Of a DNA stretch of 64,000 nucleotides, positions 25,363 to 37,142 are shown piece by piece. The position numbers and the translations under genes are program-made. The stretch's first letter is position 1. Each line of letters starts with the position of its first letter. This DNA is from Entomortierella parvispora E1425 (Eukaryota; Fungi; Mortierellomycota), in the NCBI GenBank assembly GCA_020891255.1, contig BQFW01000010.1, positions 1,612,001-1,676,000 on the forward strand, read 5' to 3'. The notes below the pieces were generated by a model. The model was not told where the DNA came from, did no database searches, and was given only the letters and a program-made list of their open reading frames with translations.

Positions 25363-25577
25363 TCCGAGGGTTTCGATCCATTTTTGCTGACCAACAACTG
25401 ACGAAGACTCTCCTGTGCCGACTCGACCGCGTTCAGGAGATCCATGATGGCACATCCTGCTCTAAACTCGCGGTCTGCCGCCACAGAACTCAAAAAGTTG
25501 GTCCCTGTCCGGTGCAATACATGGTCGAGGTGATTCCCAAGAAACGCTGCAATTTCTTGCGATGGGACCGTGATCAT
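24314..25577 (-). CDS. Protein resembling the CNOT11 N-terminal region, with an acidic low-complexity C-terminus
   Basis: Three exons (MITVPSQ...KPSE / VRVMSLYLLHYLYSYLPIHQNPFL...RFK / LATKTPSELI...). FRAG..IMDLL, LYLL..LY...P...NPF and KTP resemble CNOT11 motifs as I recall them; not verified by search. Confidence 0.5.
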
Positions 25578-27311
25578 GCTCCAGTGAAAAACGAACGAGT
25601 AAAAGAATACAAAAAAAAAATTGTCGGGCAGAGAGGCAGGTCGCCAAAGGACTGTGTGCACGAGGTTGAGGAGGCGACTGTCGACGAAGTGCGGCGCTAT
25701 TATCTTTTTGCCTACCGGAGAGAAAAGGCTAGAACGTTTTAGTTTACTGTTGTGTGATTTGACAATAAATGGCTTTTTTTATGGGGCATCAAAAGAAAGA
25801 TAGAAGGGCCTTTTGTTACCTCTGCTTTCTTTAGATCGGTCGCGTCCACAGTTGATTTCTCTCGGGCACAAGAGAATTGGAGCTTGAGAGAGAGAGGAGG
25901 TGAGGTGGATATTGAAATGAAGCGATAGCGCGCGTGTGTGTGTGCGCGAGGAACGTTGCACTGTAAGCCGGGCTTGGTCTATGGGCAAACAGAACAACAA
26001 AAAGAAAAAAAAATTCTCTTTGGCTGGTGCAGGTTGTGCGACACTGTCTGTGCGGCAAAAGGAAGAAAATTCGAGACGGAAGGGCAAAGAGAACCACGTT
26101 CTTGAACGAGAGGAGAGACTATGCTATCAATCGACGGCTCGCAGGGGCGATGATCTTTTCTCTCTCTAGTGAAAAAGGGACTTGAGAGCCACAAAGGAAT
26201 GGATAGTTGTGGGATGACAGACAGGTGAAAAGAACAAGGGTCTCAACAGAGTCAGGAAGGGGCTAGGACAAGGGATTGGATCGACTGTGTGTAGCGAGAG
26301 GGTCGTTTGGGGTGTGTCGAAAGGGCGATAGCAGATGTGTCAGAGAGAGAAACTGAGAGGGATAAAACGAAAAAGCGGAAAAGGAGACGATGCTTCCTAG
26401 AGGTCTTTTTGTCTGAAAAGGTGAAAGAGTGGGGAAGAAGGGACGATGGCCTAGGAGGACAAATGCTTTTTCGGGGGGATTCTTGTGCAGATCGGAAAGG
26501 TGACGGATGAATGATCTGAGGGACGAGCAAAAGAATCAGGGGACTAATGTAGGTGGTGAATGTATGTGGTCTATGGAGAGCAGGGGGAGGGATGAATGAA
26601 TGATATGGATGAATAGACAGAATGCGAGTGGATGGATGTGAATGAATGTCAATGAATGAATGAATGAATGAACCTGGAGAAAAAAAAAGAGCGCTGCGAT
26701 TCGAAAGGGATCTCTCTTTTTTTTTGTCTTCTGCGGTCCAATTGGGTGGCTTGGCTCAATGTAAAAAGTGAATGGGCCTCCCTCGCGTGGCGCACTGCGA
26801 GGTCCAGAGCTGCGCCCTGTCTTCCCTAGGAAGAACCGACACAAACATACACGTACTTGGCCCAGTGATTCCTTCTGAAGAACAGACAGATGACGTACTC
26901 CTAGTCATACCCTCGTCAAGCGCACGAGGGCCTTGTCTATGATAGTATCCAAGCTGTCCATATCTGAATCAACTGGGACTTCAGTTGCATTCACATCGGC
27001 CAAACATATCTCGTCACAGGCGCTCTTCTTCAGTTTTGGATGCGGACAGTACCTGCGAAAAAAGCCTGAGTGTGTATGGACCCCACTTCTCCTATTCCTC
27101 ACGCTGGATGGGCGACCTTCACCCGTCATCCCAGACACCGAGACACTCACTATGGCATTCAGACAGGAAAACAAGGGCGTGCATGAAAAACAACAAAAAG
27201 AAGATGACTTTTGTCATTTTATGGAAGGCATGTCAAAATGAGGGGTTGCTATACATATTCTCATGAAAATCATCAAGAAAAGAAGGATGTTGAGGGGGTA
27301 ATTAGAGCGGA

Positions 27312-29003
27312 TCAAATCCCAGAAGTCGTCGTCGTAGTGGCAGGTGTCGAAGACGAGACCGCCGATGCCGTTGGGGGTGCTGGGAAGGAGTACCCATCAA
27401 AGCCAAAGCCTGGCGAAGGCAACTCCGGCAACAGATCTGCATCAATAGCCGAATCTCGATTGGGGTCACCTGCTGCCGTGGAAGCGATCGACCGGCGAAG
27501 GCGGCGGAAATAGTCTTGATCGGTAATGCCTCCAAGATTGGTTTGGCTGGAGAGGGATTGAAAGCTATCATGTGGGTTGCCATTACTGGGATTGCTATCA
27601 ACAACTTGACCACCGTAGAGGTCTTCTTCATCGTAACTATAGGCATCTAATCCATAGCGATCAAAGCGGCCAGTGGCGCCTGCGCCTCCTGCCGCTGATG
27701 CTGTTGCTGATGCTGTTGCTGTCGCCGAGGAAGTGGGTAGAGGGGTTGTGGGGCTCGTGGTGGCGGCTCTTTTTTCCCATGCAGATGAGTATTCTTCCTT
27801 GTAACTGGCCTCAGGTCTAGTTGGTAGGTGCACTGCAGGCGCGGGAATGAGAGCCGGTGGCGGAGGCATGTACTCGTTCAAATCCGAAGCGCCATTTCCA
27901 GCAACTGCTGCTCCAGCCCCTGCTCCAGCCCCAACAACGGCTGCAGCGGTCATTGTGTCGTGATAGGGGAAATAGGCGGCTGGTGTCGCACCGTTATAGT
28001 GGTAATCATATGTTTCACCAGTAGGATGATGGCCATAGTTGGTATTGTTATCGTTGCTGTAGTTGTGGCTGGCGTCTGGCCCATATCCAAACTTTCCAGT
28101 AGTTTCGCTCATCATTCCACTGTGAACGTACCCGCGACCACTAGTACCAAATCCATACCCATCGTCTCCGTATCCGTCGTCGGAGCGGTGCTTCATCGGA
28201 TACCCATCCCCAAGTGCCGAGAGTCGACGTCGTTTACGTTGTTGTCTTCGACGGACAACCACAAGACCAAAGACCACAAAGGCGAACGCGGCAATACCAC
28301 CCACGGCCCCAATGGCAACCACAGCTGTGTTCTTGGACGAGCCTTTGCTGGTCTGATCGTCCTCATTGCCCGTGGATATCGGGCTTGGGCTGATATTTGT
28401 GGGCGAAACTACATTTGGCGCAAACGAGGAAGGACCCGCGGTGACCGTTGAGGCTAGAGTTGAGATAGAAGAGGCGAGGCTGGTGGAAGTCATGGCGGTG
28501 GTAACCGATGTTGGAGCTGTTGTAGAAGATGCCGTCGAGGGAGATGGGGAGGGAGGGGCGGTCGTTGGAGCGGCCTGAATGGTCAAGCCTGAACACGTTG
28601 CTGTGTACTGATATCTCAAAATATTGTCGCTGTAGCCGTACGCGCCATTGTACTCAACATTGACCTGGCCACTGCTGCAAAGCGACAAAATGTTACTGGG
28701 GATCGTCCACGAGCTTCCGTTATTAACGTTATCCATTGTTCGGATCACATGGCCACCGATAATGCAATAGATTACAGCAGATATCGACAAAATCGTCGCG
28801 GGATCAAAACGACTGTGGTCCGATAGCTCAAGCATGACATTGTCTCCAACTTGAGCGCTGCCTGATGGACTGTCACATTCGATATCTGCAGCGACGAGTG
28901 CTTGAAGAAAGGCAACAAAAGTAGTTAGGGCAAGAAGCAGCAAAGGAAGAGTGCCTCGTCGATGCGGAGGTCTTGATGTGCACGGTGAAGATGATGGGGT
29001 CAT
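27312..29003 (-). CDS. Single-pass cell-surface protein (paralog B), same ectodomain type as 22105-24186
   Basis: Signal-like LPLLLLALTTFVAFLQALVA; ectodomain with 4 Cys; Ser/Thr stalk; TM AVVAIGAVGGIAAFAFVVFGLVVV followed by RRRQQRKRRR. Confidence 0.75.
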   Translation of the reverse strand: MTPSSSPCTSRPPHRRGTLPLLLLALTTFVAFLQALVAADIECDSPSGSAQVGDNVMLELSDHSRFDPATILSISAVIYCIIGGHVIRTMDNVNNGSSWTIPSNILSLCSSGQVNVEYNGAYGYSDNILRYQYTATCSGLTIQAAPTTAPPSPSPSTASSTTAPTSVTTAMTSTSLASSISTLASTVTAGPSSFAPNVVSPTNISPSPISTGNEDDQTSKGSSKNTAVVAIGAVGGIAAFAFVVFGLVVVRRRQQRKRRRLSALGDGYPMKHRSDDGYGDDGYGFGTSGRGYVHSGMMSETTGKFGYGPDASHNYSNDNNTNYGHHPTGETYDYHYNGATPAAYFPYHDTMTAAAVVGAGAGAGAAVAGNGASDLNEYMPPPPALIPAPAVHLPTRPEASYKEEYSSAWEKRAATTSPTTPLPTSSATATASATASAAGGAGATGRFDRYGLDAYSYDEEDLYGGQVVDSNPSNGNPHDSFQSLSSQTNLGGITDQDYFRRLRRSIASTAAGDPNRDSAIDADLLPELPSPGFGFDGYSFPAPPTASAVSSSTPATTTTTSGI

Positions 29004-32000
29004 GATATGAATTCTTCTAAAGGTGAAATGTGAGGACTGAAAGAGTGAATGTTGAGCAGTTGAGGGTGCAGGGGGGAGGGGAGGAGGGTGGAGGACGAAA
29101 AGTATGTCGATCTTGCCAACTACCCCAAGCGGTGTCAGGAAGAAGGGAGGAGAGGGGAGGAGAAGGAAGGAAACGAAGACAAAAGAGGCAAAAGGAAAGT
29201 AGGGAACAAGTCCAGTTTGGTGCAGGGGTCCCACGGAATGAGCATGACGACCCAGGGACAGTGCTGCCGGTGCGACGTGCTGAAGGAACGGCTCTGGTCT
29301 AATTGCCATTAGTCTGCCTTTTGGTTCAGGGCAAGGGAAGGCCAAAGATGTTGTTGTTTTGCGCGGTGAGCCCTCCGAAGCAAAGTCTCTTTTGAGCCAT
29401 TTCTTTGTTGTTATTTTCCCTTGTTCGTTGAGAGTGGGGTCAGCGGGCAGCGGCGAGTTCGAATGCCAGACGCCCCAATTCATCTCTGAATCCTGCCACC
29501 CACCGCCGGCAAAATACGAGACCCACAAAGTGAAATCACAATGACAGATCCTTTGCACGAGCCGGAGGATCTAGTCCGCTCACCCTCATGACGTTGTGTT
29601 CGGAAGAAGTAGCTGAAGCACACACGCGCATGCTTGCATGCTTGTTTGCACACGCGTACCGGAGTCAATTACTTCCATGTCGGAGTCAAACCCGCTCCAC
29701 ATGAAAATCACAATTGCCACGTTGATTCCGATAACAGATCCAAATGTATTCAGAGGTCTCTTTGAAGAACCTTTCATTCCAAGAGAATAAAATTGGAGAC
29801 CCTCTGCCGTTGGGAAAGCGGAGTGAACTCAATCGTGTGAGAACAGAAAGTGGCGATCCAATAGTGAGTAAAGGTGATAACTGTTCCTCCTCAGCATTGT
29901 TCTCTCTCCCTCTCTTCACCTGGGCTCAGAAAACCATCTCGTTTTGCAATTTTTGAACTGCAATTTCCTCGGTGCCACCCAGCTCTGAACACACAATTTG
30001 TGTCTTCTCTCTGATCTTGAACTCCAACAGCGGACCGCTCCGCCTTGACCTCACAAAGTATTTCCCGCCCTTTCCCCTTGGTCTTTGACCTCCTCATAAC
30101 AATAAAAGAAGCGCAGGTTGACCGTTTTTTTTTATGCAGCACGCAATGGTCTTTTTCAAAACCACTGGCGCAGGGATAGGCAGTGCCTCACCATCTTTTT
30201 TTTTGTTTTGTGCGTGTGTGGTTGTGTTTTTTGGGTTCCTGCTTGTTTGTTGTCCGAGCGTAAAAAGCCGGTGTCTCGAAACGACCATTGAACCGTTTGA
30301 CGGAAACCACGCAACTACAAAGTGTATCATTATTGTTGCTTGGTCGCTTGGTCGTTGGCCGAGAGCACTACGCCATGTTGACTGGGATGCAAACGTTCAC
30401 CCTCCGTCCCCATAGATCCTGCATGCTGAAAGATGTTTTCTGTTGATCAGGGACAGGTCCTGTTCAGGTTGCATGTCGCTGCAAAGGAGAAGAGGTCAGT
30501 CGGGTAAGCAAGTTACACTCCAAATGAACCGAGATTCTTGAACCGCTGCCGAAAGAACTCTCTTCAGATCTATAGCAATCTATGCCCATGTCCGTGAATC
30601 ATCCCTGAATGTTTATCTCGGATTTTCTGACAGCGTCTTTACAGAAGTTAGGACGGAAACTGACCTCCATTCAGGTGGCAAGTCGGACGTCCTTGTAAAT
30701 CTATGGCATGGGCAATCCATCGCCGCGTGGCATCATCGCGTAGTCCGTCCTAGATACATCTTCCATTTCATAACCGTTTGTCCTACATTTTCCTCAACAT
30801 CCACTTTTCTTCCTTAGTATCGGTTACCGTTTCTCGCTGCACTGCGCCCCATCAAAAGGTCCCACAACAAGAGAGTTTCTCGAGCTTTTTTTTCATATAA
30901 GCCATGCACTTTTTCAGCTCTGCTGGATAGAACGAGTGTCTTCTAGTCTGCAGGACAGATGCCCACGCAGCCAGTGCTCACCAGTGGAGCCCTATATGTC
31001 TGCAAGGTGAATGCTCTCATGGAATCCATGTGGCTTTTGCGTTTGATATTCTGCAGATGTTGAGCGCACACATTTTTTTTCTTGCAACCCAAAAATATAG
31101 TCTGTCTGTGTGTGTGTGTGTGTGTGTGTGTTTTGCGTTGATGCCTGGAGACTACCTATAGTACCATATAACCACTTAATGTTTCGAAGTACTGGGAGAG
31201 GTGCCTTTGACTGGAGAGGTAGGAGACTGTCTCTCCGCCGAACTTTGCTCTCATTCTCAACTGAGCAACCTGGGAGTTGTTTTCGCGCCCAAAACTTGTA
31301 CTGATCAAAGGAGATATCACAAAAGGCGCACGTACCCCCAAAGCACAAAGGCCGAACCTCAGTAACGATGATGATCCACACACCGAGCGATAAAAATAGT
31401 CTGCAGATAGCGGGTAGTAAAAAAAAGAAAAGATTCGAGACGTCGACAGTCATCGCTTGACAGCCTCAAGCCAAGTTCTGTGCAATTGATCCCTTTTCAA
31501 AGTTGTCAGTTTACCAGAACGTGGTACGGAATTTAAAAGATTCAAGTGGCCAACCAACAGGTGGGAATACAAGGCAAAAGGCAAGCTCATGTCTGGGAGA
31601 GGTCGGGGCTCAACCTGGAACAATCGGATGAATAAGGGAAAGCGCTGCCTTGAGAAGAAAGGGAAAAGAGAAATCAGATGCGTGAGAGACGAGTTGTAAA
31701 GTGTGGGCCAGCACTCCAGGGAGACATCAGCAGATAGTTGGCGCCAGTAGGAGAATATAGTGTGGTGCGCGTGGCGCAAACGCCTGGGACGCGTCTATCT
31801 CTTGCGCTAGTTTGCTTTCTTCCTCCCAAGGTACAACAAAGGGTACAAAATTTGTCACGGGTTCCGAACCATCGCTCAACCTTTTCTATACTATCATATC
31901 GCCAGGATGTTTGACCATGAACAAATATGGACTTGCCGCAAACATGGGTCGGGTTATTAAGGAACACGATCAATGGCATTCGATACAATTTGGGAAAGGA

Positions 32001-32540
32001 TCAGCAATTGGATACCCTTGACCAGGAACAAGATTCCCAGACGGGCTTTGATTGCGGGAGAGGAATAAGAAAAGAACGTTAGAAATCCAGCTACAGTAGC
32101 TGCTTTGTTACCCGGTATGCATGGGAAGATGGAATGTCGACAGATCAAGCAAGCCCAATAGAATTCCAAGACCTTATCATGGGGATCAGGCACAGAGGGA
32201 GGACCCTGCTTGCAAACGGCGTTACATTTCTCTGGCGATCTAAGCGCCTTTTCAATTGCATGCGCGCACGTCAACAGAGTATCAACGGTCAAGCTTATTA
32301 GATCGAGTTTTTTTGTCATATCATTCATTTATTGAATGAAAATATCACAAAAGAAAAAAAAAGAAAAAAAGAAAAAAGAAAAATAAAAAAAAAAAGATCG
32401 AATGGTATATGGACAGATCCAGAGAAGAAGGACGAGACTCAGGAAGAGTGATCAAATTTCCTGGGGCAGTATTGTTGCATGCAGGGTAGAAGCAAAGCAA
32501 CAAAAAAAGTCCGCTCGCGCCTTCCTAGATGTTCTCTTTC

Positions 32541-34502
32541 TTAGATCTGGGCAGCAGCCTGTCCAACCGAAGCTGCATGAAGACCTGCAGCAGGAACATT
32601 CGATTTGGTCGAACCAATGATTTGGGACGAGTAGCCAAGCTGAGCATCGGTCCAAATAGGTTCAGGATCGGACGCGCCTTCGACAACGCCGGCACGACCG
32701 CCGGTCGCCTTCCATTCGCTAGTGCGCTTCAATCCATTGCGCTGCCAGACACTCTCCAAGGAGCGGACCAAATGACCCATCATCTCATCGGTGTGTCCGG
32801 GGGTGGGGGTGATGCGCAGACGCTCCTCACCGCGAGGAACGGTGGGGTAGTTGATAGACTGGACATAGATGCCGTGGGAGCGCAAGAGCTCATCCGATGC
32901 AGCCTTGCAAACCTCGGCATCGCCCACCAAAACAGGGACGATGTGGGAAGGGTTGGGAACCACGGGAATGTCCAGTGCAGCGAGCTGAGCCTTAAGAGCG
33001 CGCGTGTTGGTCTGCTGCGCAATGCGTTCCTGTGGCGAGTTGCGGAGGTATTGGATCGATGCAGTGGCACCTGCAACGATGGCAGGAGGCAAAGAGGTGG
33101 TGAAAATGAAGCCGGGGGCATACGATCGGATCATGTCAACCATGGCCGCAGATCCTGCAATGTAACCGCCCACAACGCCAAAAGCCTTGCCGAGCGTTCC
33201 AGAAATAATGTCAACTTGGTCCATAGCAGTGTGGTTGTGAACAAGCGATCCCTGAGATCTGTTCAAGTTGTCGGCAAAATCCAAATGTTCGGCTACACCG
33301 GCTCCGTGAGGGCCGTACATGCCGACGGCATGAACTTCATCCAAAAATGTGATAGCGCCATACTTCTTGGCCAAGCGGCAAATGTCGTTGACCTTGCCGA
33401 TAGTGCCGGACATGGAGTAGACAGTCTCAAAGGCAATGATCTTGGGGATCGAGGGGTCCAGGGTCTGGAGGAGCTCCTCCAAATGAGCAGTGTCGTTATG
33501 ACGGAAGATCATCTTCTTGACACCAGAGTGCTTAATGCCCTGGATCATGGAAGCGTGGTTCATGGCATCTGACAAGATGACACAGTTGGGCAACTTTTGA
33601 GCCAAGGTGCTCAAAGTGGCATCGTTGGCGACATAGCAAGAGGAGAAGACCAAAGCCGCGGGCTTGTGGTGCAAAGCAGCCAGCTCATCCTCGAGGGCCA
33701 AATGAAGCGCACCGTTACCGGCAATGTTGCGAGTACCTCCGGCACCAGCACCATACTTGCTCAAAGTAGCCTTCATAGTCTCGACCACGACAGGGTTCTT
33801 GGACATGCCCAAGTAATCGTTCGAGCACCAGACCGTGACCTCGTCCTCGGGCTTGGCAGTGTGGGCGCGGGGGAACTGCTGGGCCAATCGATTGATGTTG
33901 TTGAAGAAGCGGTAGGACTTGTCCTGATGCTTCTTGTGGAGCTCAGCTTCATAAGTGGCCTCATAATCAAAGGTCTTGCCAGCAGTAGGGGCGGCATGCG
34001 AAGCAGGGACGACAGGTTTGAAAGGGCAGGCTGAGGACGATCAAGCAGATGTAATTGAACAGCAAGGGGAAGGATAAAAGGTTAGAGAAACGAGGGCTTC
34101 CTGTTGGTGTCAGTACCCAATCGGGTGTATATTACAAAACATAAACAAAGACGTACCAGCTCCGGGAGCAGGGTTGGCCTTGTGCAGCTCATGCTGAACG
34201 GAGGCCTTGAGATCGTTCGACGAGACCGCAGAGGCGTAGCCGAGGACCTGGCTCTTGGCAGGGCGGGCCTTCGCAGCCGAGGCCGAGAAGTGGCGGACGG
34301 CTCCAGGGCAGGCATTGGCACCAGCGGAGGCCATCATGGCCGAGCGGGCCTGGACGGTCATAGCCTTGCCCATGACAGGGCATTGCTGGGCCATACCGAC
34401 AAGACCGTTGGAGGCAGTCTTTGCAGGCTGGTGCGAGAGGGATCGCAAGGCCGAAGGGGTGGAGTTGCGGAGGAAAGGGCAGGCTCTGGCAGCGAGTTCC
34501 AT
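32541..34502 (-). CDS. HEM1: 5-aminolevulinate synthase, mitochondrial
   Basis: [49 protein letters not shown]-lysine GTLGKAFG and LRITPTP; presequence with CP motifs; intron ~34031-34156. Confidence 0.95.
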
Positions 34503-34756
34503 TGCGGAGATGGTTGGAGTAGAGTGTAGATGAAGAAGGATTGAGCAAAGATGGTTGCTGACAGTCAGGAACCAATGTAAGCAGAGAGGAGAGTGGTGAA
34601 GATGGTGTGATCAGGAAAGAACAAGGGCAGGAGGGGAGGGAGACGAAGGGAAGAAGGGACAAGGAAGGAAGGAAGGAAGAAAGAGAAGAAAGAAAGGGAA
34701 GAAGGGGCGGAGGAACTGAAGTAGAAAAACTAGCGGAAAAGAGACTGACCCCTGGG

Positions 34757-34829
34757 GTGTGCAGTGTGCAAGTGTGCAGTTGTGAGTGTGCAGTGTGCAG
34801 TGTATGTGTGCAGTGTATGTATGTGTGCA
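34757..34829 (-). promoter_or_regulatory. Tandem array of 7 TGCACAC motifs 255-330 bp upstream of HEM1
   Basis: GTGTGCA on the + strand at 34757, 34764, 34772, 34786, 34793, 34806 and 34823. A regulatory role is inferred only. Confidence 0.4.
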
Positions 34830-35634
34830 GTGTATGTCTGTGAGAGTGTGAGCCAAAGAGTCACTCACTCTCTCTCTCTCACTCCCTCGCAATTCATCTC
34901 TTTTTTTTCTGTTTGTGTTTTCTCCCCTGTCGGGTCTCTCAATTCGAGGCCCGACACTTTACATGTCACTTTGGCTTTCGACAGGCCCGGAACGACGGAT
35001 TCGTCCCAGATCCTTGATCTCTGCTATCACCGCAGCCCGTTCGCTGCGTGGCGTGTCACCCTACCTTCACTCCGCCGCCTGCTGCTTCCTGAACTGTCCG
35101 ACTTTGCTTTGCTTCTTTCGGCACATGGCGCCATGCGTTGCGTGCCCGACTCTTGGGAGAAGGACGGCAAACAAATCGGAGTCTCGGGTCCCACTTCTGA
35201 GGTTGCTTCTTGCGCTTCTTCTTCTGTGGCATGCCCAATTCTCTTCTCATTCAAACAGAGAAAGGAGGGGATCAGATCGATCGGCTTGTCTGTTCTTTTA
35301 GTCTCCCTCTCTCTCTTCCATTCACTCGCACACTTTTTCACAGGCGCACACACAGGCACGCAACACAGACTTAAGCTGGGGCGTTCATACGTGTGTGTTT
35401 TTTGCTCACATTGTTGTTGTTGTCATATGTTGTGTGTGAGAAATCTCGAAGGGTTGTTTGTCAAATTGATTCCTATTACAGGCATCTGTTCTCCGAAAAA
35501 AGGCACGTACAAAAAATCAAAACACCCGTGATTTATCCCGATATACGTACAATTCCATCGCAACGCCACCAATATGAGAGTTCTTTATTTTTGAAAACAC
35601 GGGCCTTGACTTTCTGTCCTTCTTTCTTCAATGT

Positions 35635-36779
35635 CTATCCAAACAGCTGCCAGTTATTAACCTGGATGGACCCCACCAAGGCTCTGAACCAGACCTCTGC
35701 CTCCTGGATTGATCCTTCGTGTGCAACTTGCTTGGAAGAGCTCGTCTTCGAGATCTGGAGAGGGACGTTGTACGAGACCACAATGTCGGTATCCTGTCGG
35801 GGCAATCTGAAGACGACCATCATGATCTGAACCAGGTTTCTGGCATCCCCCTGGGGCGCTGAAGAACCAGCACCAGAAGCGGCGGCAGCAGCGGCTTCCT
35901 GTTGACGCTGGCGCTCGTTGAACTTTGCAACCTTTTGTTGACCCAAAAGGAGGTAGATCTTGGCATCCGCTCTGCAAGTGAGGGGGAGGAAATAAGAGTC
36001 GGTGTTAATTCAATTTTTCTGTCATTTTCTCTGATGAAGGGGGAAAGGCGCTTGCTTTCCTATTTGACTTTTGTTCCGAAAGCAAGAAAAAAAAAAGGGG
36101 GGGGGGGGACTTACGGCCAGGCAGGCAACTCTGCATTGTTCAAAACAGAAACGCTCTGGATCTCGGACGCGTCCTCAGCATCGTTATCCTCTGCCAACTG
36201 ACGGAAATGGAACCTGTCCGCCAAAAAACGAAAAGGACATCAGAAAGAAAGAGAGGGTATATTAATGATGGAGAGATAATGGAGAGGAATAGACAATTGG
36301 TGAGAGTTTTGATCAGATCAATAGATACTAAGACAACAAAAAAAGGCGAGTTCATGTCACTTCTCTTACGCAGCACAAGCATCATCACTGGCCTCTGCAG
36401 CGAGCTCCAAGATCTCAACAATCACACTCTGGTCCTCTTCCACATTCACAAAGACTTCCTGGTGATCAGGCACCTCACGAACATGACTAATTGAATATAA
36501 AAAAAAAGTATGGTTCAACGCGTGACAAAACAAAAGTTGTCCCGATACAAGAAACGTGGGAAAAAAGAAAGAAAAGAAAAGTCTGGTAAGAAAATTGTTT
36601 ATTATAGCTCTGCATTCCTCAAACCCATACACTGAACAGATCCACCTTCAGAAGGGACCCCATGGATAAAAGAAACAATGACGCAAAAAAACAACCAAAA
36701 AATACCTGATATTCCCAAATTTTTGAGGAAGGTTCATGGTGATGGCACCCCCATACAATTCTTGCTTATAGATTTCCAT
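35635..36779 (-). CDS. MOG1: Mog1 Ran-binding protein (Mog1p/PsbP-like fold)
   Basis: ELYGGAITMNLP, REVPDHQEVFV, DQSVIVEILE and FRLPRQDTDIVVSYNVP across exons. Confidence 0.85.
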
Positions 36780-37142
36780 GATGTAAAACGAAAAACTGTG
36801 AATGACAACTACGGTGTGGAATGGAAGTGAGGAAGAAGAGGAGAATGTAGGCGTCAATGTGGGGAATGGAATTCGACTTTTTTATATTTCGTTCCAGAGT
36901 CGTCCCTGTCCGCCGTCACAAAAAGGGAGGCACAGCGACAAATTTGCTTCGCCGATTCTGACAAAGCAAAAAACGCAAAGGGCACCGCCCGCGGCCATCA
37001 CCTCGGATCAGACATCTTAAACGACTTTGCCTCCTTTTCATCCTCTCTCTTGGCCATTACACAATGCTTTATTAATTTACACTGGTGAATCTCAAGGTAC
37101 ATAGTGGCAAAGAAAAAAAAAAGAAAAAGAAAAATGACAACA

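Noticed and set aside
32529-33572. 347-aa plus-strand ORF
   Set aside because: Antisense shadow of the HEM1 coding exon; no motifs of its own.
34764-35531. 255-aa plus-strand ORF between HEM1 and MOG1
   Set aside because: Starts in the repeat tract, has no recognisable motif, and lies in the HEM1 upstream region.
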